NCBI GenBank assembly: GCA_030324005.1
Contig: JARDVH010000167.1
Location: 1,494,730-1,558,729 of the forward strand
Source of the DNA: Negaprion brevirostris
Lineage: Eukaryota
DNA length: 64,000 nucleotides
Direction: 5' to 3'
Shown: in pieces, positions 40,591 through 52,033 of the stretch
Layout: every line of letters begins with the position of its first letter
How positions within the stretch are numbered: position 1 is the stretch's first letter
Made by a program: the position numbers and the translations under genes
Notes under the pieces: generated by a model
The model's input: only the letters and a program-made list of their open reading frames with translations
The model's database searches: none
Told to the model about the DNA's origin: nothing

Positions 40591-41274
40591 TGGAGTGTTT
40601 ATAGACCTTAGTGCTTATATGCGCAAAATTGGAACTCACCAGCTTTATTAGATTGCCAAATGTACTCATTCTCTGACTGTCTTTGTCCCTCCCCTGTGAA
40701 AAGCAGTTGGCTGAGGTCACAAACTCAGCGTCTGGGGCAGCAAATTCTCCCCTGCCCAATGTATGTTCTTTTAGTCCCAATACCAATATCATCCAAACCT
40801 GACAAAAACACTGTTCTGTCTCTTGTCAAAATACACACTTTAGATTATTATTTAGTTGCTTTGGGGCAAATGAGAATTTACAAGTTGAGTTTAGTTATTT
40901 GCATGGGTCTGATTGCTGCACAAGTTCGAATTTGCAATACCAAATGGAATTAAGAGATTTGACTGGTAAAAACTGGTTAAAAATGAAAATAGGAGCCTCA
41001 AAAATATGAGTTGGAGTACTCACTTATACAATGTCTGATATCACCCTATTTTTACCTGGGATTCATAACCTCTCAGTGTTGACTGTCTATGGGGGGAGAA
41101 TGTGCACTGGGAAAGGTGCTGGAGACTCTTCATACTGTGGAACTAAACCCAGCAAGACTCAGTGCTTCCAATGGAAAGACAGAGCCTTTTATAAACCACA
41201 CAAACAGAGCTGAAGTGCAAGCAAAGAAAAACAGCCATTGTTTTCTGGTCATGTTCACAAATTGGCTGACATGT

Positions 41275-41507
41275 GGTCAGGTGGTCAGGAAGGCTAATGG
41301 GATGCTGGCCTTCATAGCGAGGGGGATTGAATATNNNNNNNNNNNNNNNNNNNNNNNNNNNNNNNNNNNNNNNNNNNNNNNNNNNNNNNNNNNNNNNNNN
41401 NNNNNNNNNNNNNNNNNNNNNNNNNNNNNNNNNNTCTTATTGAATGGCGGGGCAGGCTCAAAGGGCTAGATGGCCTACTCCTGCTCCTATTTCTTATGTT
41501 CTTATGT
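41275..41507 (+). mobile_element. CR1 LINE 3' fragment (gap inside)
   Basis: VVRKANGMLAFIARGIEY, then the tail ttgaatggcggggcaggctc...ttcttatgttcttatg. Confidence 0.88.
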
Positions 41508-44500
41508 TTTCTGCATTCCAACAGTGAGCAGATTTCAAAAAGCACTTCAATGGCTGTAAAATGCATTGGGACATCCTGGGATTGTGAAAAGCACTTCTGA
41601 AATACAAGTCAAGATGACTGAACGCTTCATAAATGAAGGAATGATGGGAGAGCACTTGTATAATAATAATCACTCAGCATATTGTTTTTCTCGAATCTTA
41701 AATCTTTATTCATGCTTCCCACAGAAATTTCCTTTCCTTATAACAAGGACACTTCTGACAAACTTAATCATGATGCTTTGCACAATATATCACCGGGGAA
41801 TAATGAACTGTATATTCTGGAACTCTGCAAACCAGATTACAAATCATGTATCACACACTAAAGATTGCAAACTGATTTTTATCAATAAGCTAAATTCCAC
41901 AGAAAACTGAATCAGTATCTGTTCCAAAACTTAATGAGTAGGTAACAGTCCCATTTCAGAATATTCCCAGCCGGAACATACTGAGAGAAACATAAACTTA
42001 GATCTGAGCACTCTCAATAATCAAACAGGATTTGACTTAGATTTGACTCCTGCTCCCTTCTATTTCCCCCATCTTTCTTGATGGGACGAGCAATACAGGT
42101 GATTGCTCTGATCCTCCTTGGCACAACCAAAAACAGTGCATTATCTGCTGCACTCAAGGTCCAAAACAAACCCCTCGACAATGAACAAATGGAAACATCA
42201 AAAAACAGACAAATTGTTATTCTAAGTAACAAATACACATAAAAATATCAGATTGATGGAAGCTTCTTTAGCATTTAAACCCCAAGCTGTCATGTAAATA
42301 ATACTCTTATTGATGATTATTTTCTGTGGCTCCAGTTTGTTGTGTCAGGGTCCAGCAAATGTAGGGTGAATATGGAGCTGATTACAGTTACTGCCTTAAC
42401 AGTCATGAGAGAACACATGAGCTGCACCCAGGCTCAGTTGGGTGTTGGACAAAGTTGTGTCTACCAGCAAGTATGGAGACATTCCCTAGTTTGTACCCTT
42501 TACTCTACAGTCATTCTCCAAGTCAGTAAAGGCTTACAGTGAGCCTATATGTGACTCCAAAGACCTCTTCGGACCAACAGAACTGTAATCAACACACAAT
42601 AACTTACGTTGTGCTGGAAAACCCAAAGCTAGAATTTTACACTTCCCACCTCCCCCTCCACCAACCATCCCCCAACGGGTTCTAAGGCAGGGGACGTGTA
42701 AAATAGCAAGAATGGAATTCCCCCCTTTTTCCTACCCAACCCAACCTGGTCGCTGGAGCAGGCAGGAAACCTGCCCTTGTCCCACTTAAGACACTTAAGT
42801 GGCCGCTTAATGGGCACCGCAGGGCTATCTCCTGCCCAGCCTCAATTTTCAGGCTGATGAGCAGACGATAAATGGTAATGGAGAGCCAAAGATGAACTAA
42901 GTTCATTTGTCAGTGGGATTGACGGTGTCCTTACCCATCTAATCCAATGTCCAGTGACCTGTAGACCTCCCTCACCATTCCATCCCTCCCCCCATCTAAC
43001 TGTCCTCCTGTGACCCGTTAGGTCTTGCCTGCAGCCACGTATACCCTTGCCACTCACATTTGCATCATTTCCTGGCACTTAGTTCCAGACAGTTAGCTGC
43101 AGTGTCTCTCCTGGCCACTGAACCACTCTTCTTGGAATTAAAGGGCTGCCATCGAATCTGAATGACCAGCTGCTCTTCATGGTGACAGGCACAAGTCCCA
43201 TCTTTTGCCAATCAATGCGTGCCACAGCTCAAAATGGCATTGGGGCTACTGGCCAAATCCCAGCCATCCTTAGAATTCTGACCCCAAAACCTCACAGAAA
43301 ATGGCAAGAGAAAGTAAAAAGCTTGAAGGATAAATACAGAAAAACAATCTGACATGAAAATGAATTCCAAAAGCACAAGTGCAGAGGAAGGATCACCAAC
43401 AGAATGCTCCAAAGAAAGACATAGAAGCTGAAGGCAGAGATTTAAAATTCTTTGCTGCAGCATAAGTCTTCATTACATTTTGGAAGTTCAGCTTCAAATC
43501 CCAGAGCACAGGATCAGCAGACCTAATACAGGTGAGCTAAATCTTTTCCAGTTCCAGACTACAGAAAGTCCTGAAAAATCTTTAACATTTTCAGAATCAG
43601 AAATACAATTTGAATAAAGTCATTCCCTAAAATTCCGATCCTGGAGGTGGTGTTTTAGTTCACTCTGAAAGAAAAATAATTAATTGAATACTCCCAGAGA
43701 ATTGTGACTTTTAAAATCCAGCTAAAGACAAGCAAAAGCCAGAATTTGATAAACTTGTGACTTTGAACATAAACACTGATGAAAAGATCTCTGTGAGCAG
43801 CCATTCCAGCCAGCCATTGTTAAACATCTTTTCAGGCTGAGTGGAATTACTATTGTAGCAAAGTTCACCAAGGCAAGCAGGTGTGGGCAAGTTTGATGTT
43901 CTTGAGAAGATCATTTCGACATCATCCAGATGAATACCTTTTGATTCTATCTGGTGAACTTGTACATGAAGATGTCATAATGCAAAGCTTCAATGAAATA
44001 TCAAAAGCTTTTGACAAATATTTTTGTCTTAAATTTGTTTAACAGAGAGCTTGAAAGAGAGATAGAAACCCCTCAGTAAAATTATGAAAGAGAAGAAGAC
44101 ATTATCCATGCAAAACACATGAGGGCACCAGAGAGGCAAATAACTTTACTAAAGTCTTGAAAACGTGGCTGCGATTCTCCCCAGTTGGGTCTATGCTTCT
44201 CCCACATGTTGGATGCTAATTTATTCATGTTGGATATTCGGAGACTGGGCCACATTTTTGAAAGGGCAGCCTGGTCTCCATGCTTGGTTACCGCACGCCT
44301 ACAAAGAAAAATGGTGCCCTAACACTGACCAGGGGAGCACCACCAACCTCTTACCATAGAGGGGCATCCCCCTCCAAACCAAGGAACCAAACCCTCTCAC
44401 TCAACCTCCCCTTCCTGCCCAGATCCCTCCCCTCAGCTTCTCTTCGTTCTCAGATAACCCATCCAGGCCCCCTCCCCACTTAAATCTCCCACTCAGACTC

Positions 44501-45180
44501 CTTCCCCCTCAGGTTCTCCATTCAGCCCAGCCCCCCAGATTCCTGCAGCGTCCCTTCAGGCCAAACACCTTGGCAGTCCCAACAGTGCACTGCCCCCACA
44601 CTGTGGTATTGACACCCAGCCTGGCGCATTGAGCCCTGAGGAGGCACGAGAAGATAGGTCCAGTGGCCATTTGCCCCTTTGCTGCTNNNNNNNNNNNNNN
44701 NNNNNNNNNNNNNNNNNNNNNNNNNNNNNNNNNNNNNNNNNNNNNNNNNNNNNNNNNNNNNNNNNNNNNNNNNNNNNNNNNNNNNNNNNNNNNNNNNNNN
44801 NNNNNNNNNNNNNNNNNNNNNNNNNNNNNNNNNNNNNNNNNNNNNNNNNNNNNNNNNNNNNNNNNNNNNNNNNNNNNNNNNNNNNNNNNNNNNNNNNNNN
44901 NNNNNNNNNNNNNNNNNNNNNNNNNNNNNNNNNNNNNNNNNNNNNNNNNNNNNNNNNNNNNNNNNNNNNNNNNNNNNNNNNNNNNNNNNNNNNNNNNNNN
45001 NNNNNNNNNNNNNNNNNNNNNNNNNNNNNNNNNNNNNNNNNNNNNNNNNNNNNNNNNNNNNNNNNNNNNNNNNNNNNNNNNNNNNNNNNNNNNNNNNNNN
45101 NNNNNNNNNNNNNNNNNNNNNNNNNNNNNNNNNNNNNNNNNNNNNNNNNNNNNNNNNNNTGAAGCCTTTGATCTGTAACA

Positions 45181-45479
45181 AGTCATAGAGTCATATATAT
45201 CTACAGCAAGGACACAGGCCTTTGGCCCAACTTGTTCACGTGCTCTTTTTTAACCACTTAGCTCGTCCCAATTGTCTACGTTAGACCCATATCCCTTGAT
45301 ACCCATCTTGCCCATGTAACTGTCTAAATTCTTTTGAAAAGACAAAATCTTACCGCCTCTACTACTACCTCTGGCAGTTTGTTCCTGACACTCATCACCC
45401 TCTGTGTGAAAAAATTGCCTCTCTGGACCCTTTTGTCTCTCCCCCTCATCTTAAACCTATGCCCTCGAGTTTTAGACTC
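45181..45479 (-). mobile_element. CR1 3' end fragment
   Basis: agtcatagagtc...aggcctttggcccaacttgttc...ccctctgtgtgaaaaaattgcc, a typical CR1 3' region in reverse. Confidence 0.8.
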
Positions 45480-46034
45480 AATGTGCAGTGCCTTGTAAAA
45501 GATTTCGCTGTCAGATCAAGGGAATTTTATCATCATCCAGCCACCTACGTTTGTTTTAGTTTTCCTTTTTGTGGTTGACTGTATCCCAAGTACCCCTGAT
45601 TGCATTGTAGACAGTCTAATGTTGATTGACAGTCCTCACTTGTGAGGATTTGTACCAAAGCCCGCTCGATGCAGATTGCGCTGGAGAGGCAGGTGAATAG
45701 CGAGGACCATTTGCCATGGGCTGCAAGCCCATTGATTATATTTAAATGTGTGTTTTTTAACGCACATCGGGTTCCCACCCACTGCAGCTAGAAACCCGAC
45801 CTGCAGCGCTGTCTTGGATGTTCGCAATGGGTTTGGTACCCGGCGCCAAACCCACTTTCCCATCGACTCCCGATTCTTCGGGCCGTCACAATTCACAATC
45901 GGGACTAGTGGGGCTGAGAAAATCCGCCCCACCCATATCTTTTTGGGAACAGCAGTCTGGAGCAAATAGCTGAATGTGAATGAAGGAAAGTTATCTGATG
46001 ACATCCAAAATTAACAAAGCCAAATAGGGTTGGA

Positions 46035-46320
46035 ATTTTTAAAAAATCATTCATGGGATGTGGGCATCGCTGAATTGCCCACCCCGAAAGAGCCCTTGAG
46101 AAGGTGGTGGTGGGACACCTTCTTGAACCACGGCTGTTCATATCGTGCAGGTGTGCTCACAGTGCTGTTCAGAAGTGAGTTCCAGAGTTTTGACTCAGTG
46201 TCAGTAAAGAAATGGTCAGGATGATGTTTGACTTGGAGGGGAACTTGTGAATAGTGGTATTCCCGTGTGTCTTTGCCCTTGTCCTTTCAGGTGGTCGTGG
46301 CAGTGGGTTTGGAGACCACT
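46035..46320 (-). mobile_element. 3' end of the same LINE family as 285-650
   Basis: ttcatgggatgtgggcatcgctg...cccttgagaaggtggtggtg...ccttcttgaacc. Confidence 0.72.
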
Positions 46321-46739
46321 GTCTCCTATTTTGGACATTTACATTTTCAATGATGTTTTATAATCCCTGAAGTTAAAGAGATGGATGAAAGGGGGTTAAA
46401 AGTTGGGTGATTGTGGAAAAAAGACACATTGGAAAAGGTTATTGTTGCTTCACAATAGCAGTCAAATGACAGCGGCATAGATAAAAGATGGAAAAAAACA
46501 CTTAGTGTGTGTCAGAGAGTACAAGAATTTTAAGCCCTCAGATAAGCAAGGATACAGGCTTTTGGGGGACGACTTTTAACTGAATAATCAGTTCGAGATC
46601 TCAGTGAAGTTATCAGCAGACATGCGACTACAAGACTGAATTGCGGGAACTTTTGTTTGCTCTGCAGTTGAAGGAACAGTACTTTTGGACTGTGGTTTAT
46701 GGGGTGTGTCAGTGAGAGATACTGGAAAAACCCACTCTG

Positions 46740-47403
46740 CAGGTGGAGCAGGTGGTCAAGAAGGCGAATGGGATGCTGGCCTTTATAGCGAGGGGGATAG
46801 AATATAAAAGCAGGGAGGTCTTGCTGGAACTGTACAGGGTGCTGGTGAGGCCGCAGCTGGAGTACTGTGTGCAGTTTTGGTCACCGCACTTGTGCAAGGA
46901 CATTTTGGCCTTTGAGGGAGTGCAGAGGAGGTTCACTAGGCTGACACCGGAGATGAGGGTGTTAGCTTATGAGGAGAGATTAAATAGACTGGGCCTGTAC
47001 TCGTTGGAGTTTAGAAGGCTGAGGGGGGATCTTATAGNNNNNNNNNNNNNNNNNNNNNNNNNNNNNNNNNNNNNNNNNNNNNNNNNNNNNNNNNNNNNNN
47101 NNNNNNNNNNNNNNNNNNNNNNNNNNNNNNNNNNNNNNNNNNNNNNNNNNNNNNNNNNNNNNNNNNNNNNNNNNNNNNNNNNNNNNNNNNNNNNNNNNNN
47201 NNNNNNNNNNNNNNNNNNNNNNNNNNNNNNNNNNNNNNNNNNNNNNNNNNNNNNNNNNNNNNNNNNNNNNNNNNNNNNNNNNNNNNNNNNNNNNNNNNNN
47301 NNNNNNNNNNNNNNNNNNNNNNNNNNNNNNNNNNNNNNNNNNNNNNNNNNNNNNNNNNNNNNNNNNNNNNNNTGCTCCTATTTCTTATGGTCTTATGTTC
47401 TTA
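46740..47403 (+). mobile_element. 5'-truncated young CR1 LINE (gap inside)
   Basis: [43 protein letters not shown]; tail ctcctatttcttatggtcttatgttctt. Confidence 0.93.
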
Positions 47404-47859
47404 ACTTGGGTGAGAAGCATCAAGTGAATGCTGAAGAATCCTCCAGAAGAAAACTGTTTCAAACTGTGCCAAATGAGAAGCCTTTCTGTCAAGCTTGTGT
47501 AACTCTTCAGAAGCTCATGTGTCTGTAAGGTATTGCTGAAGTAAAGAAATAGTGTGAATCTGAGTCATCTTCTTGTGTTTGTATTCAGAGCTTTCCAACA
47601 CATTTATGTCTGGTGTGATATGGCTAATTTTTCTTGTTTAATTAATACTTCATTCTTTGTGTGATGAGTTCACAAGTAGACTCCTGTGAATTTGTTCAGT
47701 AACTTTCCTTCATGGCTTATCTAAAAAAAGTTAGGATCTCTCACACCAGGTTTCACTCTGGAATATGACGTCTAGTTTGAACATCAGCTGGATCGTCACA
47801 GTCAGACACCGAGAACTGAATACTTCAGAGGCCAAAAGGAGTAGAGATTGAAGAGGTGT

Positions 47860-48182
47860 GAAATCAAAAAAGGAAATTGGGGCGAGAAATAATATTGGCA
47901 AATAAAATCAAACAGAGCCCAAAGATATTTTATTCATACATGAAGAGTAAGAGGATAACTAAGATAAGACCTATAAAAGACCAGATAGGTGGAGGATGTG
48001 GGGATGGTGCTTAATGAATACTTTGCATTTGTCTTCACAAAAGAGGGGGACAATGCAGACATTGTATATTAGGAGGAATGTGAAGTATTGGATGTGACAA
48101 ACATAGGGAGAGAAGAAGTATGAAAGGGCATTAACATTCTCGAAAGTGGATAAATCATGAGGTCCGGGTGAAATGTACCTCA
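47860..48182 (+). mobile_element. CR1 ORF2 internal fragment
   Basis: LANKIKQSPKIFYSYMKSKR...VGMVLNEYFAFVFTKE...VDKS.GPGEMY. Confidence 0.8.
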
Positions 48183-48202
48183 ACTTGAGTCCTGTGTGGT
48201 TT

Positions 48203-48410
48203 TAAAACAAGGTAAGAAGTCTGACAACACCAGGTTTAAGTCCAACCAATTTATTTGATAGTAAACTCACTAGCGTCTGGGGTTTCTCCCTTTGTCAGGC
48301 GAATGGAGAGTATTGGCCTCAGACAGAGCATGTAACAGCACAGACAGTTTACAGATTACTGATTAAAATGCGAGTCTTTACACCTAACCTGCTATTCAAG
48401 TCTTAAAGAT
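48203..48410 (-). mobile_element. Penelope-like terminal repeat (second family), truncated by a gap
   Basis: Reverse complement cctgacaaaggga...gctagtg...aaataaattggttggacttaaacctggtgttgtcagacttctt. Confidence 0.55.
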
Positions 48411-48510
48411 NNNNNNNNNNNNNNNNNNNNNNNNNNNNNNNNNNNNNNNNNNNNNNNNNNNNNNNNNNNNNNNNNNNNNNNNNNNNNNNNNNNNNNNNNN
48501 NNNNNNNNNN

Positions 48511-48715
48511 CCTACCTTTGGGAAAAGATATTGACTATCTCACTGATCTGTGCCCCTCATTATTTCATAGACCTCTATGAGATCGTCTCTCAGCTTTCGA
48601 CACTCCAGAGAAAAAAGTCCCAGTCTATTCAGCCTCCCCTTATAACTCAAACCATCAAGCCCCAATAGCATCCATGTAAATCTTTTCTGCACTCTTTCTT
48701 GTTTAATAATATCCT
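48511..48715 (-). mobile_element. CR1 ORF2 C-terminal fragment
   Basis: Reverse complement encodes the ERVQKRFT.ML.GL..LSYKGRLNRLGLFSLE region. Confidence 0.8.
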
Positions 48716-49284
48716 TACTAATTGAATAATATCCTGCATGTGACTCCCCTTCAGAGAAAGCGCTGAAACTCTCTACACTGAAAGATTTCTGACCCTGGCT
48801 GCCTCAAAAAGCTTAACTATATTTGCTTTGGTTTTATTGGCTTTTTTTCTGATTTTCAGCCTTCACCAGGAATTTGGATGCTGGTGAGCTGGACGTAGAA
48901 TGGCAATGTAACTCAATGCTACTCCATTCAGTCTAAATAAGTATTGCTTTATAATGTATAAGGTTGGATTTATTATGCAGTCTGCAAGAATTTGCAACTA
49001 TTGTGAGGTAGCTTTCTTGAGCTAGTCTTATCTCTTGGTCAAAAGTGGATTTCTGGTTTTTTTGTGCCCATTTTGCATGGATATTTATTGAAAATTGTTT
49101 TTGTGTTGATATCCAAATGTCTGTACAATGTAGCTTTGTCTTTCCCCTGATTGTAGAGAGGGGATGATTAGATTGACTTGCAGCACGTGAGCAATGTATT
49201 TGCTATGTATTGTTCAGTGTCTGTGTACAGTCTTGGTAAATTAATTGTTTTATTATCTTGTTCCAGTTGTTGATGAGCTATGTT

Positions 49285-49383
49285 ATGATGCCTTCCCGTA
49301 ACAACGCTGCTGCTGGGGGTTCCAGCAGCAAAGTGAAATATTCAAAACTTGCAGACAGTGACGAGGGTTACATCGATTTGCAG
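49285..49383 (+). CDS. TMEM230: TMEM230 coding exon 1: [33 protein letters not shown]
   Basis: Matches the vertebrate TMEM230 N-terminus (MMPSR...SSKVKYS.L...DGYIDLQ). Acceptor ttgttccag| at 49266 upstream of the ATG; donor CAG|gtttgt. Confidence 0.95.
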
Positions 49384-50088
49384 GTTTGTTCCTGACAATT
49401 ACGCTAAGTGTATGCAGCATACAGAAATAATCATAAGTTCCTGGTTCATTTCATCTGGTAACTAGTTAAACAATGTTTTCACATTCTGTGGTCATTGGCC
49501 AAGGCTTTAGTTGTCATTCTGACTCCTGCTTTACATTGATGTAATTGACCTGACCAGAGCCACCATTAGCCTTTGCAATGCAAGTAAGCATCAGTTTTGG
49601 TGTTACCTTGTTGCACAGTACATTTTATTCTCAGTGAACATCAGATCTTGGGAGGATTTATAGTGCTTGTGAGGGGCTTGACAGTTAAATAACCTGCCCG
49701 CACTCAACTGGGCTTGGGACGAAGAATGAAAATTTAAATGAAATCTAGGACTTGAACCCCAGGAACAGTTAATATGTTCATAAGAGGAGGGGGGACACCA
49801 TGTATTCGGAGAGGGAAAGGAGATTATAAAGGCAGAAATTGAGGCAGGTGAAAGAAAGGCATGCATTTATCTAGTACCTTTCACAACCTTATGATGGATC
49901 TAAGCTACAACCAGTCAAGTACTTCTGAAGAGCAGTCGTAAATATTAATTACGCTTTGGAAAATTTGTGGTTTATTTTTATTCAATTATGGGACATGGGT
50001 GTTGTTGGTTGGCCAACATTTATTGCCTATCCAAACAATTTACATTTAAACCATATAAGGTTATCAAACAATTTTCCTTTACCTGCAG

Positions 50089-50211
50089 TTTAAGAAACTT
50101 CCTACGAAAATTCCATATAAGGCAATTGCGCTTGCAACCATCTTGTTTCTGATTGGCTCGTTGTTGATTACCATTGGTGCTCTCTTGTTGACTGGATACA
50201 TCAGCAGTTCG
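50089..50211 (+). CDS. TMEM230: TMEM230 coding exon 2: [41 protein letters not shown] (first TM segment)
   Basis: Acceptor tttacctgcag| and donor TCG|gtaagt, phase 0-0. Contains the [16 protein letters not shown] motif. Confidence 0.96.
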
Positions 50212-50664
50212 GTAAGTCACACGCTGCTCCACAGTTTCGGTTTTCTGCTCCCATTGAGAGAGACCAAATACTATACTTGGATGTTACAGTTCCTTTAAAG
50301 ATAACTCTATTCTGTTTTAACTTCATGCACCCTTACTATTGCATCTTTGTAACAAGTTCCCTTTCCAAATCATGTCTGGGATAAAATTGCTGGATTTACT
50401 ACAGTTCTGTCCTTCAAGTGTATGCCCATTGGGAGCTGGATTATGAGAGTCTAAATTTAGTTCATATAGGCTCTTTAAATCCAGCAGAGGGAGACTTTCA
50501 CTTCCATCAGCATAGTTTGGATTTCATATCGCATCCAGTCAATTAAAAGGCCGCCAACGACCTAAGTGGACAAAGTTATCTAGGCATATCCTCTGTTTTG
50601 CTGGACCAAGTATCTTACTCTTACAAAAGAAAACCAGTTATTCCATTTCTCTTTTCTCTTCCAG

Positions 50665-50802
50665 TACAGTGATACAACCTGGCCGGTGCTGATCATTGGG
50701 ATCCTGGTTTTTCTTCCTGGCTTTTACCATCTCCGGATTGCGTATTATGCCTCAAGAGGATACAGAGGCTACTCCTATGACGACATCCCAGACTTTGACT
50801 GA
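50665..50802 (+). CDS. TMEM230: TMEM230 last coding exon: [45 protein letters not shown]
   Basis: Long pyrimidine tract ending ccag|. Conserved [39 protein letters not shown]-terminus; TGA at 50800-50802; 119 aa in total. Confidence 0.97.
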   Translation, partial: YSDTTWPVLIIGILVFLPGFYHLRIAYYASRGYRGYSYDDIPDFD

Positions 50803-52027
50803 AAACTGTTCTCTTTCTTTTGCTGACTGCTGCTTGTAGTCTGCTCCAAGGCTGTCTGTGATGGATAGGAAAAAAGAACTCACATTCCTAAAGGCGAGAT
50901 TGAACCAAATGGAATTCCAGCTACATAACAATACTGCGGTGAATAAGGGTTAGCTTCACTCCCCTACCAATTCCATATATATTTGTGACCTTTTGACTGA
51001 TTTGTATATTTCCAAATACAAGTGTTGAAGGGTTTTCAAAGTACTCCTTCCTTTCTGCTAAAATCGGTTGATGTAAATATGGCTATTATGGGCTAGTGTG
51101 TTTCCTTTACACCAGGCAAGCTCGCAACCAGAATCAAATTTTCACAGCACCACTAGTACAGCAAATAATGCCAGCCCAAGGCTCTCGGATCACTCCCAAT
51201 CAGTGACAGAAAAGCAAGGAAACCCAACATTTCATTTTCCTCATTTTGGAGATACGTATTGAAACTATCCAACCATATTTTTATTAACTGTTTCAAATAA
51301 ATGAGATGGAGTGCTTATACTAAGTGTTTTCTTGGGCTGTCACGTACTGAGGAATAGGTTATGTTTGAGCCTGATCAGGTTTTTCCCTTTTGCAGTTAAG
51401 CCTCTGCGTTGTGTTCCACTGAATTGCATTTTAAGCATTCTTGTTATGAAGGAGAGGTCTATCATTGACATTACAAAAATTAGCAGGAATTTTCCAGTTC
51501 TGTTTCCAGGATTTCAATAGAGAGATGATTGTTGCCTGAAATTTTTGTACTGTGTCCACTTGAAGTATGAAAGACCCTTCCAAACCTAAGATGTGTCATG
51601 ACAGAGTATAGCCAGCTGAACAATACTGCAGTAAAGTGCTGCTGGACACACAAAATATTTTGCACAGCACAGAAGTGTGTTGACTCAGTAAACTTTTCTA
51701 TTTTGTCTTCATCCTGCTGCACTGAATTTCTAATTTTCTGGGCCAGAAAGGCTGATGAATGAGATAATGTGTTATATTTACACACAAAGCTTCAAAATCA
51801 GTTGGGGAAAATGATTTGAAACTGGTTCTACTTCATTGGTAGCCCATCATTCGGGTCTTAGACTGATTTACGTGCGAATGCTGTGATGGATTTTATTTTG
51901 TGAATTGAAAAGTGTAAGTATGACAAACTTCACGTCAGCCTTAGATGCCTTAAAATCAAGTGACATTGCAAAATAGATCTGTAAATTTCGTTTGAGGTTT
52001 TCAGTTCAAGCAGTCTTCATGTTGCAA

Positions 52028-52033
52028 AATAAA
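52028..52033 (+). terminator. Candidate TMEM230 polyadenylation signal (AATAAA); alternative proximal AATAAA at 51296-51301
   Basis: AATAAA at the end of a ~1.2 kb repeat-free AT-rich 3' region, followed by a GT-rich tract (gggttgggtcttctgttg). Confidence 0.5.

Noticed and set aside
44509-45188. ORFs of 170-225 aa
   Set aside because: Almost entirely N.
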